Assembly (NCBI GenBank): GCA_035652655.1
Contig: DASRDJ010000381.1
Span: 25,102-89,101, forward strand
Source: Terriglobales bacterium
Lineage (GTDB): Bacteria > Acidobacteriota > Terriglobia > Terriglobales > Acidobacteriaceae
DNA: 64,000 bases
Direction of reading: 5' to 3'
Each line of letters opens with the position of its first letter. Position 1 is the stretch's first letter. The notes under the pieces are model-generated. The model was not told the origin of the DNA and ran no database searches. It saw only the letters and a list, made by a program, of their open reading frames with translations. Of the stretch, positions 19,966 to 29,383 are shown piece by piece. Both the position numbers and the translations under genes were made by a program.

Positions 19966-20307
19966 TTACCTCAAGAATACGCGCCAGAGGGCGAAAGCGA
20001 GCGCTACCCATACCGGCAGCAAGGCAGTCGTAACGATTCTTGCGCTGAGACGATAGCTCATGAGTAGCCAATGGGCGCACATTGCGTAAAGAAGGAATGC
20101 GGCGGCGCCGGCAATCATGGATCGGCCCTCCAATGCACCGTAATCGTTTCCCTGACCCATGACCGTTAAGCTCAACGTAGCAATCGCGACGGAAGGAGCA
20201 GCACTGAAAACGCCAGCGAGACTCTTAGGTCTCAATACATCGCCACAGACCGCGAAGACAGACACTACGGCGCCTCCAATGAGGAATCTGACAAGAAGCT
20301 CAGTCAT
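19966..20307 (-). CDS. DUF3147-like small membrane protein (paralog of the downstream gene)
   Basis: ATG at 20307 (MTELLVRFLIGGAVVSVFAVCGDVLRPKSLAGVFSAAPSVAIATL). Only 3 nt separate it from the next gene. Confidence 0.72.
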   Translation of the reverse strand: MTELLVRFLIGGAVVSVFAVCGDVLRPKSLAGVFSAAPSVAIATLSLTVMGQGNDYGALEGRSMIAGAAAFLLYAMCAHWLLMSYRLSARIVTTALLPVWVALAFALWRVFLR

Positions 20308-20767
20308 GGTCGAAACGTCACCCGAGAGTCGATGAAGGCGACGTGTGCAACGGTTTGTTCGCCGGCGCAAGCTGTGCCGGGCTCATATGCGAATACAGGG
20401 TGCGATGGACCGATCTGAGGTGTGGCATCGATGGGCACCAACGGTCTGGATCCCTAGAGTGAACTCCTAGAGGAAAGCTACTCATGCGCCTTATCCAAGG
20501 AAACAAGATTTTTACCGAATGGTGGAACAACTGGATGTCGCGATTGCACTCGGCCAGCAAATCGTCCGCAACTTGTCAGACCGGTCCCGACAGTGAGTTG
20601 CATCAAAAAGGGCAAGGAAGCGTCGTTGCGCTGCCACCCGCTTCATATCAGGTAGAGCGGCAGTAACCATCTGCGGCCCGAGTTTCCCCTACGGGAAGAT
20701 CCGTATTGAAGCGACATACGGGTGGTGTTAATCAAGTGATAACGCTGAAGTACCGCTTGGATATTCG

Positions 20768-21175
20768 ATGCCGATAAGGATTTTGATCGCCGATGATGAT
20801 CCAGCGATCCGCGGATTATTTCGCCGACTGCTGGAGGCCCAGCCAGGCTGGCAGGTCTGCGGCGAAGCGGTCAACGGCGTGGATGCTGTTGAGCAAGTGG
20901 CACGTAACACGCCTGATCTCGCAATCTTGGACTTAGGAATGCCACAAAAAAACGGCATCGAAGCCGCTCGGGCGATCTCGCACTTGAATCCTAAACTTCC
21001 TTTGCTCTTGATCAGCGTTCAGGAAATGTCAGAGCAGCTTGTCGAGGCAGCCATCGAAGTGGGATTCAAGGGGGCGATTACAAAGAGCAGAGGCCGGGAA
21101 ATAGTTAAAGGCGTGGACGCAATTCTTCACAACCGTTTCTTCTTTCAACGAGAGGATTGGGACACCAAGCGCTAA
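20768..21175 (+). CDS. stand-alone response regulator receiver protein
   Basis: IRILIADDDPAIRGLF...DLAILDLGMPQKNG...GAITKS, with no output domain. Confidence 0.9.
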   Translation: MPIRILIADDDPAIRGLFRRLLEAQPGWQVCGEAVNGVDAVEQVARNTPDLAILDLGMPQKNGIEAARAISHLNPKLPLLLISVQEMSEQLVEAAIEVGFKGAITKSRGREIVKGVDAILHNRFFFQREDWDTKR

Positions 21176-21196
21176 GTCAACCTTCCGCGACAAGCT

Positions 21197-21448
21197 TCAG
21201 GCTGCGAAAGAGAAGCTGTCCGACACGCGTTCTCTCAATATCTGCCTGACTTCATAGCTGTTGTTAAGCTCGGCTTCGGCCGTGCCTCCGAGCAGTTCAT
21301 GCAGTCGAAGAAGGGCTTCGCTGCCACAAGCGGCGCAATGTCCATTGAGTCCCTCGCTGATTACCTCACAATTTGCGCACAGCACCGCTTTCTTAAGCCC
21401 GACAATATTTGTATGGAGCCAGGGTTGGCAATTCATCATTTTCTTCAC
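21197..21448 (-). CDS. small zinc-ribbon-like hypothetical protein
   Basis: 83 aa with CANCEV...HCAACGS (CxxC-N11-CxxC). Confidence 0.55.
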   Translation of the reverse strand: MKKMMNCQPWLHTNIVGLKKAVLCANCEVISEGLNGHCAACGSEALLRLHELLGGTAEAELNNSYEVRQILRERVSDSFSFAA

Positions 21449-21578
21449 CTCGCCCGCAACTAATGTCTGACCCCTACGGGCATTTCGAATGCCAAAAGCT
21501 AGCTTCTTTAAACCCGCTCATCCTAAAGGGACTTGATTGCGAATCGGGGTGATGGCCAGGTCTTGCTGCTGAAAAAGA

Positions 21579-21869
21579 TTGCAGTCGACGGCTTGGCTGT
21601 CGTCGAACCGCCGTTACAAGAACAACCCGATTGAATCCACAATTTCGATTGTGCAATGTGTGTGGGCCATCGCGGGAGCGTGCGATTTGTACGACGCCGT
21701 GCTGATTCGGAGGATCTGCCGGGAGCTATCTGTTGAGAAGGACTTTTCGAAACTGCAGGAATTGTCATGTCTGCTGCAATCTCTGATTGCGGAGGATGAA
21801 GGCGAAATGCGAGTCAGGGTTCTTGAACTGGCCGCTCGTTATCCATTTCTGAGAGATGCGCTTAAATAG
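21579..21869 (+). CDS. small helical hypothetical protein (start uncertain)
   Basis: The C-terminal two thirds (CDLYDAVLIRRICRELSVEKDFSKLQELSCLLQSLIAEDEGE...) resemble the other small proteins of this islet. The N-terminal part may be non-coding. Confidence 0.4.
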   Translation: MQSTAWLSSNRRYKNNPIESTISIVQCVWAIAGACDLYDAVLIRRICRELSVEKDFSKLQELSCLLQSLIAEDEGEMRVRVLELAARYPFLRDALK

Positions 21870-21904
21870 TAATTGTTGTTCCCTCCGCCGCACCGCTCGC
21901 ACAC

Positions 21905-22249
21905 TTGGGGGCGGACGCTCCAGAGGGGATGCTACCCTTAAATTATCCTGAGGGCGAAGCTGTCCGCTCTCGACTTCCGCTCGAAATGAAGGAGCAGCAG
22001 GTGGAGCGTCCTGTTTCCGAGCCAAACAAATTCGAGTGGCAGGCTATCGTGCAGGAAGCAACCTTGGAGTTGGATCCCGAAAAGCTCCGAGCCAAGATTG
22101 CCGAGGCCGAGTCCATAATATTCCGAAGACTTCAAATTCTTGGCGAAGACGGCGGTGCGAACGCGGAAAGAAATGCCTTGCATGACGCCTCGAATACATT
22201 GCTCTCTCTGAAGAGAGAAGTTTTGAAGTTTCCAGACTGGAGGCCATGA
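21905..22249 (+). CDS. small helical hypothetical protein (start uncertain; ATG alternatives at 21929 and 21986)
   Basis: WQAIVQEATLELDPEKLRAKIAEAESIIFRRLQIL...ERNALHDASNTLLSLKRE. I recall this motif type from small acidobacterial proteins found next to receivers. Confidence 0.5.
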   Translation: MGADAPEGMLPLNYPEGEAVRSRLPLEMKEQQVERPVSEPNKFEWQAIVQEATLELDPEKLRAKIAEAESIIFRRLQILGEDGGANAERNALHDASNTLLSLKREVLKFPDWRP

Positions 22250-22256
22250 GATTCGC

Positions 22257-22628
22257 TCATGCAGTGTTCAGTAATTCCCGGGCTTTGCTGATCAGAGTTT
22301 GCATGTTTTCTGCCTTCGAAAATACCGCCGTAACTCCTGCTCCCATCGCTTCCAATTCCAATACTCTGTCGGTGTGGAGAGAGCACAAAATCACTGGCAC
22401 GTTCGGCATGATCTGGTGAAGGATCCGCGCAGCCTCCAACCCATTCATCACGGGCATAGACACGTCCAGTACGATGAGGTCGGGACAAAGCGCTTTAGCT
22501 TTTTCCACTCCGTCGCGCCCATCTACGCCCTCACCACAGACTACCCAGTCCCTGTCGAATTCGAGGATGTTACGAAAGATCTTGCGGATGGCGGGGTTAT
22601 CATCGACGACCATGATCCTTTTCGCCAC
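22257..22628 (-). CDS. stand-alone response regulator receiver protein
   Basis: KRIMVVDDNPAIRKIF...DLIVLDVSMPVMNG...AVFSKAE. GTG at 22628 has GAGGA upstream. The track ORF extends to 22727. Confidence 0.88.
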   Translation of the reverse strand: MAKRIMVVDDNPAIRKIFRNILEFDRDWVVCGEGVDGRDGVEKAKALCPDLIVLDVSMPVMNGLEAARILHQIMPNVPVILCSLHTDRVLELEAMGAGVTAVFSKAENMQTLISKARELLNTA

Positions 22629-22907
22629 GGTGCCGTAATCCTCGAATGACCGATAGGTACGTGCAATCGGGTGTAGGCTGTAACCGGCTGCGATCCCGAT
22701 ACGGCAACGGATGAAGTGGCGCCCCACCGGTAGTAGCCTGCTTCAAAGAATCTCCTTGAGTGACGGCCTCAGTGGATTACTGTATTGAATAAGGGCTTTC
22801 CTGACCCTATGTTCGGAGTTGCTCCCATTTCCTTCAAATCCCAATTTTGATCAGTTTGCGTAGCTGTCCCATCCGACGCGTTGGGACAACAAGGCTCAGG
22901 AGAGGTC

Positions 22908-23147
22908 ATGACCGAAAAAGTGAGCACGACTCGACCAGGTACGGTTCAGAAAATCATCAAATCCTCCTATTCAGGGCAGCCGGAAAAAGCCGAAATTGCC
23001 GTGCAAGGAGCGGATGACCTCTATAAAGAGATTCGCATAGAAAATGCGCTGATCGACAAGAATGGCGAAGAAGTGAGCCTTAAAAAGGGCGCGCAGGTTG
23101 AAGTGAAGATCGAAGCTGATCCGAAGGAAACTGTGCCCAAACAATGA
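22908..23147 (+). CDS. small hypothetical protein
   Basis: ATG at 22908 preceded by GGAGAGG. 79 aa, charged and beta-rich (PGTVQKIIKSSYSGQPEKAEIAVQGADDLYKEIRIEN). Confidence 0.6.
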   Translation: MTEKVSTTRPGTVQKIIKSSYSGQPEKAEIAVQGADDLYKEIRIENALIDKNGEEVSLKKGAQVEVKIEADPKETVPKQ

Positions 23148-23178
23148 ACTGGACCTTCTGGTCCATTAGGGAGAATTT

Positions 23179-23508
23179 CTATTGAGCGACGTTAGTTTGG
23201 GGCATAACCAACAAGGCAGGCTCGCTCGCTTTCTCGGTTCCCCCTCCCGCCGGCAAGCTATCCAAAGCTTGTTTTTCAACGCCGCGCTTTCCCTCGGGAC
23301 TTGCTGGGATCTCTTGAAAGCGCAATGGGCGAATGACGGGAATGGGTTTGGGAGCCTGCATTTCTGAACGACCTAACAACAAAGATGAAGATTCCGAACG
23401 CGGCGTGATTTCTGTTAAGGAAGGTGTTTTGTGTCCTGACTGCGCATGAACCGCCGAACTCGATAACATCGCAGCAGCAATAGTCAATCCTAGGGTCGCT
23501 CTACGCAT
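23179..23508 (-). CDS. secreted hypothetical protein
   Basis: Signal peptide MRRATLGLTIAAAMLSSSAVHAQ. The remainder is low complexity. Confidence 0.5.
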   Translation of the reverse strand: MRRATLGLTIAAAMLSSSAVHAQSGHKTPSLTEITPRSESSSLLLGRSEMQAPKPIPVIRPLRFQEIPASPEGKRGVEKQALDSLPAGGGTEKASEPALLVMPQTNVAQ

Positions 23509-23637
23509 AATTAAGCCTTAAATGCACATTTCCCTCATTCTCGGCCTGCAGTTGGAAGGATGTCCATACAGAGTCTCCGGTAGCTACCACAAAACAAGCC
23601 GAGGGTAGCCCCCGGGAGATCGTTTCACGTTTTAGCT

Positions 23638-26487
23638 TTAGCTGTCGTTGGCGGCTTGATTTGAGAGCAAGCTGACGGGGAAGTTTTCGAAAAGTTCTTC
23701 CAGTTTAATGTCACCGGTTTCGCGGAGTCTTATCTGTTCACCGTTAAGGGTGTTGGTCCACTGCCTTGGACTTTCCTTGGGGAATGAGACGCTGGTGTCT
23801 TTCCAGCCTCGAGCGGCCAATGAGCCGGAATCCCGCCCTCTAAGGCCAACTGTGAATCGTGGAGCAACAACCACCGCCCAGTCCCCCCGGTACCTGCGAC
23901 CGAACGCGATGACACCGTCCCGATGCGCGCCCGTCACCTGCAGGGGTAAATAAACACCCTTCAAAAGCAGCGAACCGTTGCCTTGCCTGAATTGCAACCC
24001 GCGTTGAGTCACGTGCATCTTGATTCGGCCATTTCGCCAGCAACGCAGCAAATCAGGCGGCGATTCCTCTTTGCGGTTTTGAGAGCCGAGAAGTTTTCCC
24101 AGAGTTTTGAAGTCGACGGCTTGACGGTTGTCAGGGTCGACCAGACGCAAATCCCACAATTCCGAACCCTGGTAAAAGTCTGCCACGCCGGGGGATGCGA
24201 CCTTAACCACAAGCTGTGAAAGACTGTTAAGAGCACCGTGGTAGGCAACCCTGTCGGCGAAGCGCCGCAGGTCGTTTAAAAATCTGTTATCCGGCGTATC
24301 CCGGAGGGTGTTTTCGATGAAGTCCACAAGAGCGTTTTCGTGATCGAGATTCGGAACTGTCCAGCGGGTATGGACCATTGCCTCACGTACCGCTTTGACC
24401 ATGAAATCCTGAATGCGTCGGGTATAACAGGCGCACACTGGCTCGCCGACTGGCCACGACCCAATCAGCGTCTGGTACAGGAGGGTCTCTTCGTTTCTCT
24501 CCGGAACGCGAACACCGTTCACCTCACGGCACTTCGGTTCGTTCCATTGACGCCAGTTGTTCAAGCAGCGCTTCCATTCATTCGGTATTTCTGAAAGCAC
24601 ACTGATCCTGGTTCTCACATCCTCCGCTCGTTTGGCATCATGCGTCATGGTCGCGTTCATTCCAAACGGCCACTTTTGATGCCTCTTCTGCAAGAATGCA
24701 TGAAACCCTGCCAAGGAGACATCGGCACACTGCGGGGTAGATCCGACTTCGTTCAGCGAGACCAGACGGTTGTACACATAGAGGGCGGAATCTTCCACGC
24801 CCTTAGCCGTAATCGGACCCGTGAACTGCTGCCAAGCCATCACGAAAGCGAGGCGCGACTCCCGCTGCTCTGGGAGCAAGTGAGGTCTGGGTAGCAACAG
24901 AAGCACTTCCCGCAAAAACGCGAAGCAGGCGGGATCAATTTTCGTGTTCCTCTGGTGTGCTTCCCGGAGTGCTCTTTCGATGGGCAACCTGTCTTGAGTT
25001 TTAACTTCAAAGCCACGGATGTAGGATCTGTAATGCGGGAGGCAGGCGGTAGCTTCCACGAGCGCACGCGTAAGTTCGTGACGGGGAAGCTCTCGCGCGT
25101 ATCGATCTTGAGCCGCTAAAATTCCAAGATAGCGGCCGAGCGTACGCATCTCGACTGCCAGCAGGCTGTCCATCACCTGCTTCTTCTTTCGGTACGCCAA
25201 GTCTGAGAAATTGATTCTCTCGTTGATGAAATCTGCGTAGATGCCCTCAAGCTCGGGCAGGTTTTTTGCGTCAACAAACAGGCCGTTTACGGCGTTGAGA
25301 AAATCGTAGCCTGTCGTTCCGTGCACCGGCCACTCGGTTGGCAGGCCTTCGCCTTCGGAAAGAATCTTTTCGACCACAAGATAAAGATCTCTGCCGCGGG
25401 AACCGGCTTCGGGATGCGCCCGCTCCTGCAAGCGTCTAAGATAACCAAGTGGGTCGCGCAGGCCATCGATGTGATCCACTCGCAAGCCGTTGACCATGCC
25501 TTTGCTGGCCAGTCGCAAGGCAATGGCATGAACCGCTTCAAAGGTTATGGGATCTTCAACCCGCAAGCCCACGAGATCACTGATGGTAAAGAAGCGACGG
25601 TAGTTGATCTCCTGATTCGCTGTTTGCCAGAACGCGAGCACATAGGCCTGGTCCGACAAGAGTTGGTCCAGCAGGAGAAAGGACGCGGCAACGCCCTTCC
25701 GGCCATTAAACAGCCGTACGTTTCCGTTGAGAAAACGCCTTACTTCCCCCGAGGTTGTGTAGAGCTGCCACAATCGTTCCTTCACCGCTTCGCGGTGTTG
25801 ACGTCTTTCGCCGGCCGCCTCGGTTGGTGTTCCTCCCGGTGACGGAATCTGGCGTATGGCTGCCTGAATTCCCTCGAATTCCTGCCAGGTCGGGGCATCG
25901 GTCCCGGTGATTCTTGCTAGTCGGTCCTGGCGATAGTTGAGCAGCCGATTGTAGGAACGGGTAGCAATAGGCAATGTAAAGTCGAAGTAATGCAGAAAGA
26001 ATCCTTCTCGCGTGTAGGTGAGCCGCAGCTCTCGTTCTTCGAGCGTCTGGGCATACGTCTTCCCCAAGATGGGCAGCAATACGCGATTCTCAAGAGCTCG
26101 GCTCGGAGGATGCCAGTCGACTTCAAAATGTGAAGCGAACGCCGAGCGCGGGCCGTCCTCTAACACGTCCATCCACCACGGGTTTTCACTGCTGGCTGCC
26201 ATGTGATTCGGCACGATATCCAGAATGAGTCCCATCCCATGGATTTGCAGTTCCGCTACTAAGGCGTCGAATTCTTCGTCGGTTCCGAGTTCAGGATTCA
26301 AGTGAGAAGGGTCCGCCACATCGTATCCGTGCAAGCTGCCGCGGCGTGCCTGCAGGAGGGGCGAGGCATACACATCGGTTATGCCGAGTTTGTGTAAATA
26401 AGGCACCAGGGCTTTGGCATCGTTGAATCGAAGTTGATGGCTGAACTGCAGCCTATAGGTCGAAACTGGAATCCTGAGTTCACTCAT
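23638..26487 (-). CDS. treY: malto-oligosyltrehalose synthase
   Basis: N-terminus IPVSTYRLQFSHQLRFNDAKALVPYLHKLGITDVYASPLLQARRGSLHGYDVADP and DIVPNHMA are characteristic TreY. ATG at 26487 lies 2 nt after the treZ stop. The track ORF extends to 26553. Confidence 0.93.
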   Translation of the reverse strand: MSELRIPVSTYRLQFSHQLRFNDAKALVPYLHKLGITDVYASPLLQARRGSLHGYDVADPSHLNPELGTDEEFDALVAELQIHGMGLILDIVPNHMAASSENPWWMDVLEDGPRSAFASHFEVDWHPPSRALENRVLLPILGKTYAQTLEERELRLTYTREGFFLHYFDFTLPIATRSYNRLLNYRQDRLARITGTDAPTWQEFEGIQAAIRQIPSPGGTPTEAAGERRQHREAVKERLWQLYTTSGEVRRFLNGNVRLFNGRKGVAASFLLLDQLLSDQAYVLAFWQTANQEINYRRFFTISDLVGLRVEDPITFEAVHAIALRLASKGMVNGLRVDHIDGLRDPLGYLRRLQERAHPEAGSRGRDLYLVVEKILSEGEGLPTEWPVHGTTGYDFLNAVNGLFVDAKNLPELEGIYADFINERINFSDLAYRKKKQVMDSLLAVEMRTLGRYLGILAAQDRYARELPRHELTRALVEATACLPHYRSYIRGFEVKTQDRLPIERALREAHQRNTKIDPACFAFLREVLLLLPRPHLLPEQRESRLAFVMAWQQFTGPITAKGVEDSALYVYNRLVSLNEVGSTPQCADVSLAGFHAFLQKRHQKWPFGMNATMTHDAKRAEDVRTRISVLSEIPNEWKRCLNNWRQWNEPKCREVNGVRVPERNEETLLYQTLIGSWPVGEPVCACYTRRIQDFMVKAVREAMVHTRWTVPNLDHENALVDFIENTLRDTPDNRFLNDLRRFADRVAYHGALNSLSQLVVKVASPGVADFYQGSELWDLRLVDPDNRQAVDFKTLGKLLGSQNRKEESPPDLLRCWRNGRIKMHVTQRGLQFRQGNGSLLLKGVYLPLQVTGAHRDGVIAFGRRYRGDWAVVVAPRFTVGLRGRDSGSLAARGWKDTSVSFPKESPRQWTNTLNGEQIRLRETGDIKLEELFENFPVSLLSNQAANDS

Positions 26488-28426
26488 GTTTTTGGTCGCA
26501 GAGGCCCACCGAGTCGACGTCTGCTGCCTCTTGCGCGGTGGTTCTTTCTGCAAACACGCAAAAGCTACGAGGTTGAAGTGTCAGTTTGAGTTCCGAGGAC
26601 TGGGAGATTTCAATTGGCACGTCGCTGCCGGGCCCTGCCCATCTGGTCTCAGCCGAATCTACAATCTTGTTCCAAGAACCAATCGGGGCCGGGAGTGAGT
26701 ATGGCGCTGGCTGGTCCCCGAAGTTGAAGATCATCACTGACTCCTGTCCTTTGCTGGAGCGGAGCACAGTCAGGCATTTTCCGGCGACTGAGCATTCGAT
26801 ATTCGCAGCGTCCAAACCTTCAAATGCTGAATGACCCTTGCGCAAGCGCAGGACTGCTTTGTAAAAGTCCAACAGGATCGCGTGGTTACTCTTCGTCGAG
26901 AGCGAGTGATTGAGCTTTGACCTTAGAAACGTAGAATGATTCTGCGGGTCAGGTACTTCTTGATCTCCATGGAACCCCGCAAACTCTGCTCTGCGTCCGT
27001 CACGGACGGCTTTACCCAACCCGTGGTCGGAATGGTCGGTGAAATAGAGGAACGGTGCCGTTTCGCCGTACTCCTCTCCCATGAAAAGCAATGGAATGAA
27101 GGGCGAGAGCAATACAGTTCCAGCGGAGAGCTTTTGCGCTTCGAATCCAAGCAGTTGGCTGTTTCGTTCTCCCCAGCCTCGATTCCCGACTTGATCATGG
27201 TTTTGAGAAAAAACGATCAACTGGGAACGCTTCAGATCGGTGGGCGGGGCACCGTGACGCTGCCTACGGAATGCTGAGTACTGCCCTGAATAGACGTATC
27301 CCTGCTGAAATGCGCTCTGCAGGTGAGTCAGAGATCCGAAGTCGCAGTAGTACCGCGTTCGTTCGCCTGTTTGGAGAGCATGGAGAGCATGGTGGAAATC
27401 GTCATTCCACTGGGCGTGTAGCCCGTAACCTCCGTCCTTAGGCTCTCTCACATAAGCTGGGTCATTGAGGTCAGATTCGGCAATCAAGTAAACCTGTCGT
27501 GCGCAACGGCGCGCAACATCTGCAACGGCCTTGCTTAACAATGACAAAAAGGGTCTTGCATTCCGATCAAAAATGCCGTGGATCGCATCCAAGCGAAGCG
27601 CGTCCACATGAAACTCTTCTAACCAGTAGAGGGCATTCTCCAGGAAATACCGGACGACCTGGTCACTCTGCGGGCCGTCGAAGTTGATAGCTTGGCCCCA
27701 AGGTGTCTTGTATCGATCCGTGAAGTATGGTCCGAACTCGCCCAGGAAATTTCCTTCCGGACCCAGGTGGTTGTACACGACGTCGAGCACTACCGCGAGC
27801 CCTTCGCTGTGGCAAGCATTTATGAACTTCTGCAGCCCTTGTGGCCCCCCGTAGCTGTTCTGAACAGCAAAGGGAAAAACGCCATCGTACCCCCAGTTTC
27901 TGGTCCCGGAAAACTGCGCCACCGGCATGATCTCAATTGCGGTGACGCCCAGTGCCTTCAGGTAGCCAATTCGTTCGCGCAGTTCGTCGAAAGTGCCGGA
28001 AGGGGTATAGACACCAGTGTGAAGCTCAAACAGAACATAGTCTTTCAATTCAATACCGCGCCACTCGTGGTCGTCCCAGGAAAAAGCCGACGTATCGACG
28101 ATGCTCGAGGGACCAAAAACGCCTTCGGGTTGAAAACGGGAAGCGGGATCTCCGCGCTCAGGTTTGTTGTCGAGACTGATGAAGTAGCGCGAATCGAGCC
28201 CGATGTCAGGGGCACGACCACTGAAGTATCCCTGTCCGATTGGATGGAGTTTGAACGACCGATTCTCTCGAACCAACTGCACCTCTACCTCCTCCGCAAA
28301 GGGGGCCCAGATCGTGAAGTCACAGAACCCATCACGCCATGTCGCACCCAACGGGTTGCGAGGCATGCCGGCCAGGTCCGTTGAAACGGCACTTTGATCC
28401 TGAGTCTGAGATTGGACCGTTGCCAC
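26480..28426 (-). CDS. treZ: malto-oligosyltrehalose trehalohydrolase (GH13)
   Basis: GH13 regions VVLDVVYNHLGPEGN, DALRLDAIHGI, YLIAESD and QNHDQVGNR, with an N-terminal CBM48-like segment. Confidence 0.93.
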   Translation of the reverse strand: MATVQSQTQDQSAVSTDLAGMPRNPLGATWRDGFCDFTIWAPFAEEVEVQLVRENRSFKLHPIGQGYFSGRAPDIGLDSRYFISLDNKPERGDPASRFQPEGVFGPSSIVDTSAFSWDDHEWRGIELKDYVLFELHTGVYTPSGTFDELRERIGYLKALGVTAIEIMPVAQFSGTRNWGYDGVFPFAVQNSYGGPQGLQKFINACHSEGLAVVLDVVYNHLGPEGNFLGEFGPYFTDRYKTPWGQAINFDGPQSDQVVRYFLENALYWLEEFHVDALRLDAIHGIFDRNARPFLSLLSKAVADVARRCARQVYLIAESDLNDPAYVREPKDGGYGLHAQWNDDFHHALHALQTGERTRYYCDFGSLTHLQSAFQQGYVYSGQYSAFRRQRHGAPPTDLKRSQLIVFSQNHDQVGNRGWGERNSQLLGFEAQKLSAGTVLLSPFIPLLFMGEEYGETAPFLYFTDHSDHGLGKAVRDGRRAEFAGFHGDQEVPDPQNHSTFLRSKLNHSLSTKSNHAILLDFYKAVLRLRKGHSAFEGLDAANIECSVAGKCLTVLRSSKGQESVMIFNFGDQPAPYSLPAPIGSWNKIVDSAETRWAGPGSDVPIEISQSSELKLTLQPRSFCVFAERTTAQEAADVDSVGLCDQKHE

Positions 28427-28685
28427 AGTCAGCTGAGCCTCCGCTTGATTTTGGGGTTCGTTGTGAATGCCAAATTCACAGACAAAAGTGCTTCGCTCGA
28501 AGCCGCAAGATCTGACTCACATCCACCATGGAGAGGCTCCTTCATGAGAGCGGGTGCGGCGAATATTAGGCATCCAGTCAAAACCTTAGTGATCTTCAAA
28601 CAAGTATGTATAAAACCGTAGGCGGATTGCCTGCATCCCACTTCTTTACCAAAATCATAGAGCCGATCACAGCCAGGAGAGCGAT

Positions 28686-29360
28686 ATGGCGATTGAAGCG
28701 TCTCGTCGGGCAGCCGATCCGTTTGAATTCAAATCCGCAGCTCATCTTCTTTTTATCGAGAAGGAGCGGGCCTGCAACATCGGAGAACTCGCCCGTGCTC
28801 TGCGCAGTTGTCCCGAGGAATCGATCTTTCAACACACATTCCGTACGCTGGAAGAACACCATTTCATTAAAGAAGGCTTCTCGAACGACTTTGCCCATTG
28901 GGCTTATGTCGAGTTGGGTGAGGTCGGGCTTGGAGAGAGGCTGGCAAGTCTTGATGTGCGCGAATTTACCTCGCTTGCGACCCTGCGTTCGCGCCTTACA
29001 GAAATCGTAGAGGACTACGGGGAACAAAATCCCAAATCACAGCAGCGCGAGGCGGGAGCTCCGTTCTATTTCTGTTCTTCCAGAACAATCGTTCTACCTC
29101 CGCAGCGCCAAGCGTCAACCTTGCCGGAATTTATCGAAGGCCTCCGAGCCGTCAGCCTTCACTCAATCCATTATCACTTCATCGAAGCCAGGTTGCGACG
29201 GAAGCTGGAGTCCAATGATTTCTCGATCTGGCTGAGCCGCGACCTGGGCATTTCAAAGGAGGCGAAGCGGCTAGATCAGATTGATATCTATACATCCACC
29301 CTCGAAGGCGTTCGACGAAAGATCATACAAATCCTGCACAGCGCAGTTCAGCAAGCCTAA
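28686..29360 (+). CDS. DUF5752-like protein (TreT-associated)
   Basis: AGGAGA RBS. PFEFKSAAHLLFIEKERACNIGELARALRSCPEESIFQHTFR...FSNDFAHW matches my recollection of DUF5752, which commonly sits next to TreT-type glycosyltransferases. Confidence 0.65.
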   Translation: MAIEASRRAADPFEFKSAAHLLFIEKERACNIGELARALRSCPEESIFQHTFRTLEEHHFIKEGFSNDFAHWAYVELGEVGLGERLASLDVREFTSLATLRSRLTEIVEDYGEQNPKSQQREAGAPFYFCSSRTIVLPPQRQASTLPEFIEGLRAVSLHSIHYHFIEARLRRKLESNDFSIWLSRDLGISKEAKRLDQIDIYTSTLEGVRRKIIQILHSAVQQA

Positions 29361-29383
29361 GTTATTAGCAAGGAGGGGATCGA

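Noticed and set aside
20484-20666. 60-aa ORF with a GAGGA upstream, in the 400-bp gap before the receiver gene
   Set aside because: The product looks random (Trp/Asn/Ser-rich, no hydrophobic or helical pattern). I cannot support it without conservation data.
22391-22407. TGGCAC-N5 element resembling a sigma54 -24 box
   Set aside because: It lies inside the receiver CDS on the opposite strand, and the -12 TTGC(A/T) element is missing.
28596-29027. 143-aa minus-strand and 134-aa plus-strand ORFs overlapping the DUF5752 gene
   Set aside because: The 28686..29360 frame has a good RBS and a family-like sequence. The competing frames have neither.
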